Assembly: GCA_965218495.1 (NCBI GenBank)
Contig: OZ244626.1
Coordinates: forward strand, 1,030,469 to 1,094,468
Source of the DNA: Rhodothermales bacterium
GTDB lineage: Bacteria > Bacteroidota > Rhodothermia > Rhodothermales > Bin80
Length of the DNA stretch: 64,000 bases
Reading direction: 5' to 3'
Shown here: positions 1 through 9,761 of the stretch, piece after piece
How the letters are laid out: each line of letters opens with the position of its first letter
How positions within the stretch are numbered: the stretch's first letter is position 1
Made by a program: the position numbers and the translations under genes
Notes under the pieces: generated by a model
What the model was told of the DNA's origin: nothing
Database searches by the model: none
What the model saw: only the letters and a program-made list of their open reading frames with translations

Positions 1-414
1 GTCGACATCATCGAAACGTACGGGAGCACCGGTGCCGGGAACATGGCACGTTTCTATGCGGCCGATGCGGCATTTAGGCTCAGTGAATTCGATCACTCGC
101 TGGAGTGGTTCAAGACGTTCCGGGGTAGGGGCGGCATGCTGGAGGCTAGCGCCCTTGACGGGCAGGCCGCCATTTACGAGATGCGCGAGCAGTACGAGGA
201 AGCTGGTGAGTACTACGAGCGCGCAGCTCGCGCTTACGAAAACGCGCTGCGATCCCCGGAATACCTGAAGAAGGCGGCCCGCGCCTACCAGAAGCAGGGC
301 GCGTACGAGAAGGCCGAGGCCACGCTCTTGCGAATCCGCGAAGACTACTCGGACTCGGAGGTCGCCCAAGATCTGGATTTTCACCTCGGCTTCGTGCGCG
401 CGAAACTGAAGTAG
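1..414 (+). CDS. TPR-like repeat protein, C-terminal part (5' end lies outside the window)
   Basis: Frame 1 is open from nt 1 (VDIIETYGSTGAGN precedes the first Met at 43). A/Y/E-rich helical repeats (AAIYEMREQYEEAGEYYERAARAYE, AARAYQKQGAYEKAE) look like TPR helices. Stop at 412-414. Confidence 0.55.
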   Translation, partial: VDIIETYGSTGAGNMARFYAADAAFRLSEFDHSLEWFKTFRGRGGMLEASALDGQAAIYEMREQYEEAGEYYERAARAYENALRSPEYLKKAARAYQKQGAYEKAEATLLRIREDYSDSEVAQDLDFHLGFVRAKLK

Positions 415-427
415 CCCTCACCACGTC

Positions 428-1819
428 ATGGCTACGCATTCCGTTCTCGTCGTAGATGACGAAGCGAGCATTCGCCGCACGTTGCGAGAGATCCTGGAGT
501 ACGAGGGTCTGGTCGTTGACGAAGCCCAAGATGGGGTAGAGGCTATCAGGAAGGTGCGCTCGCGGTCCTACGATGTCGCGCTACTCGACATAAAGATGCC
601 ACGCAAAGACGGCTTGGAGGCACTGGCCGAACTCGTGGAAAAGTGGCCGGAGCTGCCCGTCATCATGATCAGCGGGCACGCGGATGTGAAGACTGCCGTG
701 GAAGCCACGCACACAGGAGCGTTTCACTTCATTGAAAAGCCGCCCGATCTACACCACCTTCTGGTAACGGTCCGATCTGCGTTGAAGCGCGGTCGCCTTG
801 TCCTGGAAAACCGGCGCATGCGCCAGACCATTACCGAACAGCGTGAGAATGAGCTGACGCCCATCTTGGGGAACAGCCCCGCAATTGGACGCATTAAGGA
901 GATCATCAAGCGGGTGGCGCCAACGGAAGCCCGCGTACTGATTACCGGAGAGGCCGGCACGGGCAAAGAGCTTGCCGCGAAGTGGCTCCACCACCTCAGC
1001 CCGCGCAGAAAGGGGCCGCTGGTAGCCGTGAACTGCGCGGCAATCCCGGCGGAACTCATCGAGAGCGAGCTATTCGGGCACGAAAAGGGCTCCTTTACCG
1101 GTGCCATCAAGCAACGCATCGGCAAGTTTGAGCAGGCGCATCGGGGTACGCTGTTTCTGGATGAAGTCGGAGACATGAGCCTATCAGCCCAAGCCAAAGT
1201 GCTGCGGGCCCTGCAGGAGAACAAGGTCACGCGCGTGGGAGGCGACCGCGCCATCAAGGTGGATGTTCGTGTCGTGGCAGCTACGAACAAGGACCTTCGC
1301 CAATGTATCGAGGATGGATCGTTTCGTGAAGACCTGTACCATCGCCTCAGCGTTATTTTGGCTCACCTGCCACCTGTCAGAGAGCGTAGAGGGGATCTCC
1401 CGGTGCTGCTGAGTCACTTCCTGACACACCTGGCCCAGCGCAACGGGTTGCCGCCGAAAACGGTCGCGCCTGCGGCGATGCAACGGCTGGCAAGCCTGCC
1501 ATGGCGCGGCAACGTGCGCGAAATCCACAACGTGGCCGAGCGGCTGCTGATTTTGGGGCATCCGACCGAAATCACCGCCCTCGATGTCGAAAGCTATGTC
1601 CACGCCGGAGCCGGGCCCAGCGACACCCTAGCGGGCCTGATGCACCATTTCGACGATCTCAGTAAATTCCGCGACATGGCGGAAAAGCTATTCCTGACGC
1701 AGAAGCTAAGTGATAACGATTGGAACATCAGCCGCACTGCCGAGCGCATTGGCATACAGCGCTCCAACCTCTACTCCAGAATCCGGCGACTAGACATTCA
1801 GCGTGGCCATGGCCCCTGA
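428..1819 (+). CDS. Sigma-54-dependent response regulator (NtrC/Fis family enhancer-binding protein)
   Basis: N-terminal REC domain (VLVVDDE, DIKMP). AAA+ sigma-54 interaction core with Walker A GEAGTGKE, GSFTGA (GAFTGA-type loop) and Walker B LFLDEVGDM. C-terminal Fis-type HTH (ISRTAERIGIQRSNLYSRIRRL). Confidence 0.9.
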   Translation: MATHSVLVVDDEASIRRTLREILEYEGLVVDEAQDGVEAIRKVRSRSYDVALLDIKMPRKDGLEALAELVEKWPELPVIMISGHADVKTAVEATHTGAFHFIEKPPDLHHLLVTVRSALKRGRLVLENRRMRQTITEQRENELTPILGNSPAIGRIKEIIKRVAPTEARVLITGEAGTGKELAAKWLHHLSPRRKGPLVAVNCAAIPAELIESELFGHEKGSFTGAIKQRIGKFEQAHRGTLFLDEVGDMSLSAQAKVLRALQENKVTRVGGDRAIKVDVRVVAATNKDLRQCIEDGSFREDLYHRLSVILAHLPPVRERRGDLPVLLSHFLTHLAQRNGLPPKTVAPAAMQRLASLPWRGNVREIHNVAERLLILGHPTEITALDVESYVHAGAGPSDTLAGLMHHFDDLSKFRDMAEKLFLTQKLSDNDWNISRTAERIGIQRSNLYSRIRRLDIQRGHGP

Positions 1820-3092
1820 GGCGGCGCCAGATTTGCTGCCGTATGCACTGCGGCTCTGTCTGTCGGCTGTGCTCTTCTGCACAGGCGGCCTGTTCAGCGA
1901 GACCGTCGCGCTGGCCCAGAACGGGGCGCAGCGGCTGCAGGTCTTTCTGGATTGTGACGAGTGCGACGACGACCACATTCGAACAGAAATCACGTGGGTC
2001 GACTACGTACGGGATCAGGAACTTGCCGAAGTGCACATCTTCATCACCACGACCCGCACTGTGCTCAGCGGTGAGCAATACGAGTTCTCGTTTATCGGAC
2101 GCGGTGACTTTGGCGCGATGCAGTATACCTATACCCGGACGGTTGACCAGTCCGCGACCAATGATGAGGAGCGGGAGATCGTAAACGAGGCCATACGGGT
2201 CGGTCTGGTACCGTTCGTGACGCAGATGGACCCGGAAGCCTTTACCGTTCACTACGACCGGACGGACGCGCGCACCGCCGAGGAGTCGTCGGAGCGCGAC
2301 GCGTGGAGACACTGGACCTTTACGCTCTATGGCGGGGACTTGGAACTGGACTTGGAGTCGAATCGCGAGGTGTATGACTCACGCTGGGGATTCTTTGCGG
2401 ACCACCACAGCGAGGAATGGAAGATTCGTATAAGACCGTATTTCAACTATGACGTCTATATCGTGCGGCGCAAGGGCAAGGACGACATACGCAGCAGTAT
2501 TTCGCGGCATGGACTCGACACCTATGTGATCAAGAGCCTGGGTGCTCACTGGTCGGCCGCCGTATTCGGCACGTACATTTCGCGCAACGATCGAAACCTT
2601 CGGCACCAAGGAGAGCTCCTGCCTGGCGTGGAGTACAGCTTTTTGCCATATGCGGAGGCCACGCGCCGTACCATTACACTGTCCTATTTACTCGGAATGA
2701 CCTATTCGGACTACTATGAGCTAACAATCTATGACGTCACAGAGGAGTGGCTTCCACGCCATGAAATTGACTTCTCGGTGGCATTGCGAAGGCCTTGGGG
2801 AGACATATACGGAGGTGTTGAGGTATCGCAATACCTTCATGACACCTCCGTGCTGAGCGCCGAATTTGGAGGCGCGATCTCCGTACGCTTATTCGAAGGC
2901 TTTTCACTACAGGTTGAAGGAGAGTATGAGATGATTCGGGACCAGCTTACGCTGCCCAAGGGTGATGCCTCGCTTTCCGAAATCCTTCTCCAGCAGCGAG
3001 AGCTGGCAACGGACTACGCCTTCTCTTCCTCAATTGCCTTCACGTATACCTTCGGGTCCCGCTTCGCGAACGTCGTTAACACGCGCTTCTGA
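1803..3092 (+). CDS. Hypothetical secreted / outer-membrane beta-barrel-like protein
   Basis: 429-aa ORF with a hydrophobic N-terminal segment ending ALAQ. The C-terminal half has alternating strand-like sequence ending ...NVVNTRF (terminal aromatic, OM-barrel-like). Overlaps the upstream gene by 17 nt. No family recognised. Confidence 0.55.
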   Translation: MAMAPEAAPDLLPYALRLCLSAVLFCTGGLFSETVALAQNGAQRLQVFLDCDECDDDHIRTEITWVDYVRDQELAEVHIFITTTRTVLSGEQYEFSFIGRGDFGAMQYTYTRTVDQSATNDEEREIVNEAIRVGLVPFVTQMDPEAFTVHYDRTDARTAEESSERDAWRHWTFTLYGGDLELDLESNREVYDSRWGFFADHHSEEWKIRIRPYFNYDVYIVRRKGKDDIRSSISRHGLDTYVIKSLGAHWSAAVFGTYISRNDRNLRHQGELLPGVEYSFLPYAEATRRTITLSYLLGMTYSDYYELTIYDVTEEWLPRHEIDFSVALRRPWGDIYGGVEVSQYLHDTSVLSAEFGGAISVRLFEGFSLQVEGEYEMIRDQLTLPKGDASLSEILLQQRELATDYAFSSSIAFTYTFGSRFANVVNTRF

Positions 3093-3094
3093 CT

Positions 3095-3796
3095 ATGGCC
3101 GAGCTCCTCTCTGCTGCAGCCATTGAGAAGAGTTATCCGACTGGCACGGGTGGGCGCTTGGATGTCCTGAAGGGCGCTTCGCTGACGGTACAATGCGGCG
3201 AGATCGTAGCGATAGTTGGTGAGAGTGGCACAGGCAAGAGTACTCTGCTCCACATCCTGGGCGCGTTGGACCGACCCGACGCAGGGCACGTCTCCTTTAG
3301 AGGTGCGGACATTTTTAAAAAAGGAGACCGCGCGCTGGCGCGTTTTCGCAACGAGTCGATAGGCTTTGTATTTCAATTCCATCACCTCTTGCCGGAGTTT
3401 AGTGCACTGGAAAACGTCGCCATGCCTGCACTGATCAGAGGACGCCGCATGGCCTCGGCTCGCACGCGCGCGCGCCAGCTTCTGGATCAGGTTGGGCTAG
3501 CGGACAGGGCCTCGCACCGGCCAAGTGAGCTCAGTGGTGGAGAGCAGCAGCGTGTCGCGGTGGCACGTGCGCTCATGAATGAGCCCGGGCTCATTCTGGC
3601 GGATGAGCCGACTGGAAACTTGGATGCCAAGAATGCAGCCGTGCTGCACGAGGCCATCATGGAACTGAGCCGTGTCCACGGACAGACCTTCGTGATTGTG
3701 ACGCACAACCCGGCCCTGGCCGCAATTTGTGGCCGCGTGCTGCACTTGGAAGAGGGCCAAATCGCAACAGGTGGAACAAAATCATTGCGCACATAA
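3095..3796 (+). CDS. lolD: ABC transporter ATP-binding protein, LolD/MacB-type (lipoprotein release)
   Basis: Walker [13 protein letters not shown] signature [15 protein letters not shown], Walker [13 protein letters not shown]. The [18 protein letters not shown] segment is typical of the LolD subfamily. Confidence 0.8.
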   Translation: MAELLSAAAIEKSYPTGTGGRLDVLKGASLTVQCGEIVAIVGESGTGKSTLLHILGALDRPDAGHVSFRGADIFKKGDRALARFRNESIGFVFQFHHLLPEFSALENVAMPALIRGRRMASARTRARQLLDQVGLADRASHRPSELSGGEQQRVAVARALMNEPGLILADEPTGNLDAKNAAVLHEAIMELSRVHGQTFVIVTHNPALAAICGRVLHLEEGQIATGGTKSLRT

Positions 3797-3820
3797 TTTG
3801 TTAGTGTTCCACTAGCCCGT

Positions 3821-4810
3821 GTGATTATGCAGCTTACCTTGCCACAAGTCGGGTTCGTGCAGGAATTCGTGGACCCCGCTTTGGATATCTATGCCGAGAT
3901 AGCGCGGCTGAAGCGAGAAAAGAATGCCGTCTTGCTGGCGCACTACTACCAGGAGCCTGCGATCCAGGACATCGCGGACTTTGTTGGAGACTCTTTGGGG
4001 CTTTCTCGTCAGGCGGCAGCAACGGATGCGGACATCATCCTCTTTGCCGGCGTGCACTTTATGGCAGAGACGGCCAAGATCCTGAATCCAGCCAAGAAAG
4101 TAATCCTGCCGGATCTCAATGCAGGATGTTCGCTGGCGGACTCGTGCCCGGCGGATGAATTCGCTGCATTTTGTGAGCGGCACGCAGATCACCTCGTGAT
4201 TTCGTACATCAACTGCACGGCCGGCGTAAAGGCGTTGAGCGACATCATCTGTACCTCGACCAATGCCGAGCACCTGGTGCGCCAGATTCCACAGGGTCAG
4301 CCGATACTGTTCGCGCCGGATCGCAACCTTGGCCGTTGGCTGATCCGCCAGACCGGGCGCGAGATGAAGGTGTGGGACGGCGCATGCATAGTCCACGAAA
4401 CGTTCAGCGAGCGGAAGCTGGTGGGTCTAAAGGTTCGGAATCCCGGAGCGCTGGTCTTGGCGCACCCTGAGTGCGAGGAGCCGGTCCTGCGCCATGCCGA
4501 CTTCATAGGGTCTACCAGTGGCATTCGTCGTCATGCGCGCGAGAGTGACGCAAAGCAGTTCATCGTGGCGACTGAGGAGGGCATCTTGCACCAGATGCGG
4601 AAGGATTGCCCGGACAAGGAATTCATCCCCGCGCCGCCTGAAAGCGGTTGCAACTGCAGTCAGTGTCCTCATATGCGCCTGAACACGCTGGAGAAGGTGT
4701 ACCTGTGCCTGAAACATGAGCAGCCTGAGATCATTCTCGAGGAGGAGCTGCGTGTGCGTGCACTCGCCCCGATCGAGCGGATGATGGAAATGAGCACAGG
4801 CGTCTCATAA
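3821..4810 (+). CDS. nadA: Quinolinate synthase A
   Basis: Full-length NadA-like sequence ([31 protein letters not shown]-terminal CNCSQCPHM cysteine cluster). Start is GTG 3821 or ATG 3827. Confidence 0.95.
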   Translation: MIMQLTLPQVGFVQEFVDPALDIYAEIARLKREKNAVLLAHYYQEPAIQDIADFVGDSLGLSRQAAATDADIILFAGVHFMAETAKILNPAKKVILPDLNAGCSLADSCPADEFAAFCERHADHLVISYINCTAGVKALSDIICTSTNAEHLVRQIPQGQPILFAPDRNLGRWLIRQTGREMKVWDGACIVHETFSERKLVGLKVRNPGALVLAHPECEEPVLRHADFIGSTSGIRRHARESDAKQFIVATEEGILHQMRKDCPDKEFIPAPPESGCNCSQCPHMRLNTLEKVYLCLKHEQPEIILEEELRVRALAPIERMMEMSTGVS

Positions 4811-4812
4811 CC
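4537..4812 (+). repeat. Direct repeat copy 1 (functional nadA 3' end)
   Basis: This 276-nt stretch recurs without indels at 6591-6866 (offset 2054 nt). By eye roughly nine of ten positions are identical. Exact identity was not computed. Confidence 0.85.
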
Positions 4813-4868
4813 TGAACAGTGCTTCCTGTACCTTATCGCTTTGCGCTACTGCAACAGACGCAGACTCC

Positions 4869-5264
4869 ATGAAACGATGGACATACACCAGAGGCAGGAG
4901 CCTGTGGCTTTTGGAGCGTACCTATCGGCGGTACGACTGGTTTACCAAGAATATGCCTGTCATATGGTTAATATTTCTTGCTGGTAGCCTTGCAGCTATC
5001 GCAGCTATTGCGGCAGTACTGGTTTACCTGGGTCCGATGCGTGCCTTCACCTATCCTGTCATGTGTACAGTCGTGGTGTATGCCTGGCTTTTGCTGGTCC
5101 AGCTTCGCCCTGACCTTGCAGTCAGATTGACGTGGAAGCTAAACCCCAGGAAGCTGCACCCGTCCGTTGAGCAAGAATCCGAGGAGATGCTACGACGCGT
5201 GGCGTGGCTAGCCGGGAACGGTACGCCGCCGGAGGGGTGGCGGTCCATATTTGAGAAGGATTAG
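4869..5264 (+). CDS. Small two-TM membrane protein, paralogue A (unknown function)
   Basis: 131-aa ORF with two hydrophobic helices. Clear protein-level paralogue at 6026-6424 (MKRWTY...SLW..E..Y N-terminus; VVVYAWLLL.Q.RPDLAVRL.WKL.P.KLHPSVEQE..EMLRRVAWL.G.GTPPEGWRS C-terminus). Confidence 0.55.
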   Translation: MKRWTYTRGRSLWLLERTYRRYDWFTKNMPVIWLIFLAGSLAAIAAIAAVLVYLGPMRAFTYPVMCTVVVYAWLLLVQLRPDLAVRLTWKLNPRKLHPSVEQESEEMLRRVAWLAGNGTPPEGWRSIFEKD

Positions 5265-5567
5265 AACGCCCACCAACACCCGCGCGCATGTCAAGCGCGG
5301 CAATTCAGATTGAACGCAGCGCAGTGCCCGCCGGCTGTGAACAGGACCGAAGAAACTACTGCTATCTATGCGGTGGCCACGCTACGCGGATAGGGTAAAG
5401 CGCTACGTCGCTGACGTGGCCACTCGGTGGGGACTTCGAACGTTGGCCGTAGCCTCTCGTACGTGTGCGGGATAGGCGCACAAAAAGCACCCTGAGTGAT
5501 TAATCAAGTCAATTCTGAACTCCGCATCCGGTGGATTTGGAATGCCCAGACCGATTGAAGCTGAACA

Positions 5568-5598
5568 CCCTGGCAGCTGTAGCTCCGCGCTGCCAGGG
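5568..5598. other. Perfect 10-bp stem / 11-nt loop hairpin
   Basis: ccctggcagc (5568-5577), tgtagctccgc, gctgccaggg (5589-5598). Lies about 90 nt upstream of the IS21-like remnant in otherwise non-coding DNA. Confidence 0.4.
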
Positions 5599-5685
5599 AC
5601 TGAATCGGCCTAGTCTTTGCATCGCTGGAGTTTGGCCGCCACCCGGGATTATCATCAGACCTTCGTTCTCAAACGGAGACCCCGA

Positions 5686-5940
5686 TGCCCAAAAGACGCA
5701 CCATCTGTGCGAAGAGTCAGAGATATGCTTGGTCTGCAATATCTTGAATGATTCAGCAAGCGCAAGATCGCTCGCTGCCTGGACAATGCCGTCGGCGCGG
5801 TCACCGCGTATCTGTCCCGCGCTGAGCAAGCTGGCCTGGGAGAGAGGGATCTAGAACTGTGCCGGAAACTTGAGCATCCGGGAGATCGTTTTCGACCGGC
5901 GTGCTTCACCTTTGTGCTCTCGCGCCCATCGAAAGGATGA
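5686..5940 (+). mobile_element. IS21-family transposase (IstA) N-terminal HTH remnant, truncated and stop-interrupted
   Basis: One frame reads VRRVRDMLGLQYLE*FSKRKIARCLDNAVGAVTAYLSRAEQAGLGERDLEL. This resembles the IstA N-terminus pattern I..VLRL.....LS.R.IAR..GIS..TV..YL.RA.AAGLSWPL. In-frame TGA at 5749-5751. No DDE catalytic domain follows. Confidence 0.45.
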
Positions 5941-6025
5941 TGAAGCAAGGGCACCAGCGTATTATAGCCAGAGCGGCGCTGCCCGCGCATCATCGTTCCA
6001 AACAACTAGAGCAGACTCAGACATC

Positions 6026-6424
6026 ATGAAGCGCTGGACATACTCCAGAGACAAGAGCCTTTGGATCTTGGAGCAAATCTATAAGCGGTGCGAACGGCGC
6101 ATCAGATCCACGCGTGTCCTTTGGGCTGTCGTTGGATTTAGCACTCTTCTGTTTGTCATCTGTGAATCGGGGCTTGCTATTCTGGACGGATTTGACCCGA
6201 TGAGAATTCTGCGCGATGCTGCCCTAGTGGTCGTAGTGTACGCGTGGCTTTTGCTGGCCCAGTTCCGCCCAGACCTTGCAGTCAGGTTGGAGTGGAAGCT
6301 GTATCCCAAGAAGCTGCACCCATCTGTGGAGCAAGAGTGGAACGAAATGCTGCGACGCGTGGCTTGGCTGGTCGGGCACGGTACGCCACCAGAGGGGTGG
6401 CGGTCCAGGTCTGCAGAGGATTAG
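6026..6424 (+). CDS. Small two-TM membrane protein, paralogue B (unknown function)
   Basis: Internal ATG of ORF 5870-6424. The sequence from MKRWTYSRDKSLWILEQIYKR onward aligns end to end with 4869-5264. The upstream 52 codons of the track ORF have no counterpart. Confidence 0.5.
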   Translation: MKRWTYSRDKSLWILEQIYKRCERRIRSTRVLWAVVGFSTLLFVICESGLAILDGFDPMRILRDAALVVVVYAWLLLAQFRPDLAVRLEWKLYPKKLHPSVEQEWNEMLRRVAWLVGHGTPPEGWRSRSAED

Positions 6425-6563
6425 ACTGCCTGTCTTCATTAGCTTATACATGAATCGTGGCAGGGTACTCCACATGCGGCGCAAAGCCTGCCGATCGAAG
6501 GCAGAACGGAAGGACCTAGGGCCATCAGCGTGACGGCCTCACTACTCGCACTGGTGGAATGCG

Positions 6564-6917
6564 CTGCGGCACTGGCGGTGGTCACTATAGCGCGAAAGCT
6601 ACGCAAAGCAGTTCATCGTAGCTACTCAGGAGGACATCTTGCACCAGTGGCGGAAAGATTGACCGGACAAGGCATTCATCCCAGCGCCGCCCGAAAGCAG
6701 TTTCAACTGCAGTCAGTGTCCTCATGTGCGCGTGAATGCGCTGGAGAAGGTGTACCTGCGTCTGAAACACGAGCAGCCTGAGATCATTCTCGAGGAGGAG
6801 CTGCGCGTGCGTGTACTCGCCCCGATCGAGCGGATGATGGAAATGAGCACAGGCGTTTCGAAGCCAGCCTCGCCTTGCCCGCCGTTCGCAGGTACAAGAG
6901 GTGCTGCGAAGGGCTAA
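6564..6917 (+). pseudogene. nadA 3'-terminal fragment (pseudogene)
   Basis: In the nadA frame this reads [89 protein letters not shown]. In-frame stops at 6588-6590 and 6660-6662 (TGC Cys to TGA). A conserved Cys is changed (GCNC to SFNC). The nadA stop is replaced by AAG, so the frame runs on to 6915-6917. Confidence 0.8.
6591..6866 (+). repeat. Direct repeat copy 2 (decayed nadA 3' end)
   Basis: Co-linear, indel-free match to 4537-4812. Weaker similarity continues about 30-40 nt further upstream. Confidence 0.85.
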
Positions 6918-8275
6918 AACAGTAATCTAACGCCCGCAAAGGGCTCAAAGCGCCGCTGCACGAGATAGCGAGGCGCGTCCACGCGTGCGACCAGCTCGAA
7001 GGAATAGCGTGCCAGCACATGCAGATAAAACGGACCCAGAATACGGTAGTCCGTGCCAAACACAAGTGCGCTCTGGTCATCAAAGTCTTCGAAGATGCCC
7101 AGGAAGCCGGCGGTGCCCAGCTTATCTATTCCGACCTCAAAACGAAGCCTGCTTCCACTTTGCACAAAGAGCCGAAAGTGAAACTCGCTTAGCGCCTGAC
7201 TGCCAAAGTGGCGTCGATAGTAATACCACAATGAGAAGCTAGGCGCCACTTCCAGCTTAAATTCCGTGAGCAAGTCGTTCGCGCCGCGACTCTCCTGAAT
7301 TGGCACGCCGGCAACACCATTCCCTGAGGCCTTCAGTATGCGCGCATGGACGTTGTGCACGGAATACAGCGAACCCACATACCCTGGGATGAATTGCCTG
7401 CTGTTGTAGAATACGCCGATCCGAAGTCTGAAGGTGACGAGGTCCAGGAATTCTGCGGCATGCAGATCTGCGCCAAAGGCCAGCCCGTCGCCGTAGTCCG
7501 GATACCACGCGTAGCTTAGGTATGGCGCGAAGCCCACGCCTCCTGTAGCAAACAGCTCGACTTGCAGGTCTGCGCTGTACGCTTCAAGACGCGCGTTCGG
7601 GGCTCGGTCTATCACGTAGTTGACCCCAAGTTGAGTGGTGCGCGCCGACAGACCACGCGAAAAAAAGAGTGGGTGTGCGGTTACGCGCCCACCAGCTATG
7701 CCTCCCAAGAGCACATCCCCCGTGAAGGCGGCTATGGTCAGCGCCCGACCACCATAACTGAATTCGGCGCCAACCGTCCGGCGGTCCCACGCAACGGAGG
7801 TGCTGTAGAAATTCACTACGTGTCCGATGCCGAGCCGCATCCCATCCAACAGGCCCACGCGGAGATGAATGGGCCGCGACTGCGGCGCATTGTAGCGGGC
7901 GAAGTCCACGAGCCGAAGAATGTCGTAGGGCTCATCAACATCTGGAGCATAGCGTCCCAGCGGCCCCGCTCGTAGCGTGCCGATGAGGCGCATGGTAACC
8001 GGGCGCGTAACCAGCTCCAGCCGCGCACTAGCCGCTGCGCGCCACTGAGCACCAATGAGTGATAGGCCGCCCATGGCGAAGAGGGCTTTTTCACGACGCC
8101 ACCACTGGGGCTGCAGCTGTTCCCTGAGGTCACCCTCCGAGCCAAACGGTGTCGGCTGCGCCACAGCGGGAGGAGCGAGGAAGCAAATCACCAAAAGTAG
8201 CGCAGCATTTCGCGCAAACAGGACTGCAGGGCCGCGCAGCCGCGCCTTCGCGAAACACTTAAGCCAGGATCTCAT
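6914..8275 (-). CDS. Hypothetical outer-membrane beta-barrel protein
   Basis: Start chosen at the internal Met (MRSWLKCFAKARLRGPAVLFARNAALLLVICFLAPPAVAQ, signal-peptide-like). Strand-like sequence throughout, with terminal ...FEPFAGVRLLF. The 62-codon upstream extension in the track ORF would run into the divergent gene at 8287. Confidence 0.6.
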   Translation of the reverse strand: MRSWLKCFAKARLRGPAVLFARNAALLLVICFLAPPAVAQPTPFGSEGDLREQLQPQWWRREKALFAMGGLSLIGAQWRAAASARLELVTRPVTMRLIGTLRAGPLGRYAPDVDEPYDILRLVDFARYNAPQSRPIHLRVGLLDGMRLGIGHVVNFYSTSVAWDRRTVGAEFSYGGRALTIAAFTGDVLLGGIAGGRVTAHPLFFSRGLSARTTQLGVNYVIDRAPNARLEAYSADLQVELFATGGVGFAPYLSYAWYPDYGDGLAFGADLHAAEFLDLVTFRLRIGVFYNSRQFIPGYVGSLYSVHNVHARILKASGNGVAGVPIQESRGANDLLTEFKLEVAPSFSLWYYYRRHFGSQALSEFHFRLFVQSGSRLRFEVGIDKLGTAGFLGIFEDFDDQSALVFGTDYRILGPFYLHVLARYSFELVARVDAPRYLVQRRFEPFAGVRLLF

Positions 8276-8286
8276 TCGATCGTAGT

Positions 8287-8904
8287 ATGAGATTGCCCCT
8301 ATTCCCGCTAGGCGTCGTGCTTTATCCGTCTGAGCTGATGCCGCTGCATATATACGAATTGCGCTACCGAACCATGACCAAGCGGTGCCTCGATGAGGAC
8401 CAGCCCTTCGGGGTGCTATGCACGGATGACGGCAAGATGGCTGACGTGGGCTGTACCGCACGCATCGCGCGCGTCTTGCAGCGCTACAACGATGGCCGGC
8501 TGGACATACTCATTGCTGGAGAACAGCGCTTTGAGGTCCTTGCGCTCTACGACAACCGGGCGTACCTGACAGGCGACATCTGCTACCTGGAAGATGCACG
8601 CGAAGTTCCGCAGCGGAACGTCGTCGAACGTGTGATCGCGCAACATATGCGGCTGCTGGAAATTGCCGGACGCAAGATACGGCCTTCCGTGTACCGTGAG
8701 GCGGAAACGGTATCCTTTCTCATCGCGCGAAGTGCCGGGCTTACGCTGCAGCAAAAGCAGGAACTTCTGGAATTCCCCAACGAGCAGGCACGCATCGAAT
8801 TCCTCATCAAGCACTTTGAGGGCTTCATTCCGCGGATAGAAGAGACGCAGACGCTGCGAACGAAGATTCAGTCCAACGGCCACTTGGAACTCGGTGATCT
8901 GTGA
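8287..8904 (+). CDS. LON N-terminal (substrate-binding) domain protein
   Basis: MRLPLFPLGVVLYPSELMPLHIYELRYR... matches the Lon protease N-domain opening motif. 205 aa, with no AAA+ or protease domain. Confidence 0.8.
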   Translation: MRLPLFPLGVVLYPSELMPLHIYELRYRTMTKRCLDEDQPFGVLCTDDGKMADVGCTARIARVLQRYNDGRLDILIAGEQRFEVLALYDNRAYLTGDICYLEDAREVPQRNVVERVIAQHMRLLEIAGRKIRPSVYREAETVSFLIARSAGLTLQQKQELLEFPNEQARIEFLIKHFEGFIPRIEETQTLRTKIQSNGHLELGDL

Positions 8905-9761
8905 TGCCGCAAGTAGGGCCTTATACGCTCTATGCTATTGAGGCGGGCCGCTTCCGCCTGGATGGTGGAGCCATGTTCGGCGTGGTGCCCAAGACGGTTT
9001 GGGAGAGGCGCGTGGCAGCCGACAGCCGTAATCGGATACAGATTCAGATGCGCTGCCTGCTATTGGAGGGCGAAGGGCGGCTGATTCTGATCGACACCGG
9101 AGTGGGACACAAAGAAAACGCGTGGTTTAACGATGCCTTTGCCGTTGACTTCACGCGCTGCGACTTAGAGCGCAGCCTCCACGCCGCCGGCTTTACGCTT
9201 GCCGACATAACCGACGTCATCCTGACCCATCTCCACTTTGACCATGCGGGAGGGAGCACCAGGCGAGTAGGTGAACAAGTGGTGCCGACGTTTCCCAATG
9301 CTACCTACTACCTTCAGCAGGGCCAGTGGGAAACGGCCCTCGCCCCCAACGTGCGCGAAGCGGCCTCGTTTATCCGGCATAACTTCATGCCGCTGCGCGA
9401 GGCTGGGCAGCTTGTGCTGCTGCAAGGTGCGCAAAACCTCTTCCCAGGCATTGATGTCCTTGCGGTACACGGGCATACTCGGGCGCAGCAGTTGGTAAAG
9501 ATGACGGGTCCCGAGGGTTCGCTGGTATTCGTGGCTGACCTCTTTCCAATGTCCCACCACGTGCGGGCGCCTTGGGTAATGGCTTATGACGTTCAGCCGC
9601 TGCTCACGCTCGCGGAAAAGGAGCACTTCCTGCGAGAAGCGCACGAACAGGGCTACAACCTGTTTTTTGAGCACGATCCCGACACAACGATCGCCAACAT
9701 AGTGGAGGGTCCGCGTGGATACGCAGCAAGCAACAATCGTACTTTAAACGAGCTTTTCTAG
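8901..9761 (+). CDS. MBL-fold metallo-hydrolase
   Basis: THLHFDHAGG (HxHxDH) motif with later His/Asp ligands (VHGHT, FEHD). 4-nt overlap with the upstream gene. Confidence 0.85.
   Translation: MMPQVGPYTLYAIEAGRFRLDGGAMFGVVPKTVWERRVAADSRNRIQIQMRCLLLEGEGRLILIDTGVGHKENAWFNDAFAVDFTRCDLERSLHAAGFTLADITDVILTHLHFDHAGGSTRRVGEQVVPTFPNATYYLQQGQWETALAPNVREAASFIRHNFMPLREAGQLVLLQGAQNLFPGIDVLAVHGHTRAQQLVKMTGPEGSLVFVADLFPMSHHVRAPWVMAYDVQPLLTLAEKEHFLREAHEQGYNLFFEHDPDTTIANIVEGPRGYAASNNRTLNELF

Noticed and set aside
5407-5455. tRNA-like TTCGAA element (ggggacttcgaacgttgg) and a 9-bp inverted repeat gtggccacg...cgtggccac in the nadA-insert spacer.
   Set aside because: The flanks of TTCGAA are not complementary, so there is no T-arm, and no cloverleaf can be drawn. 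The inverted repeat arms are themselves palindromic GC-rich words and may be fortuitous.
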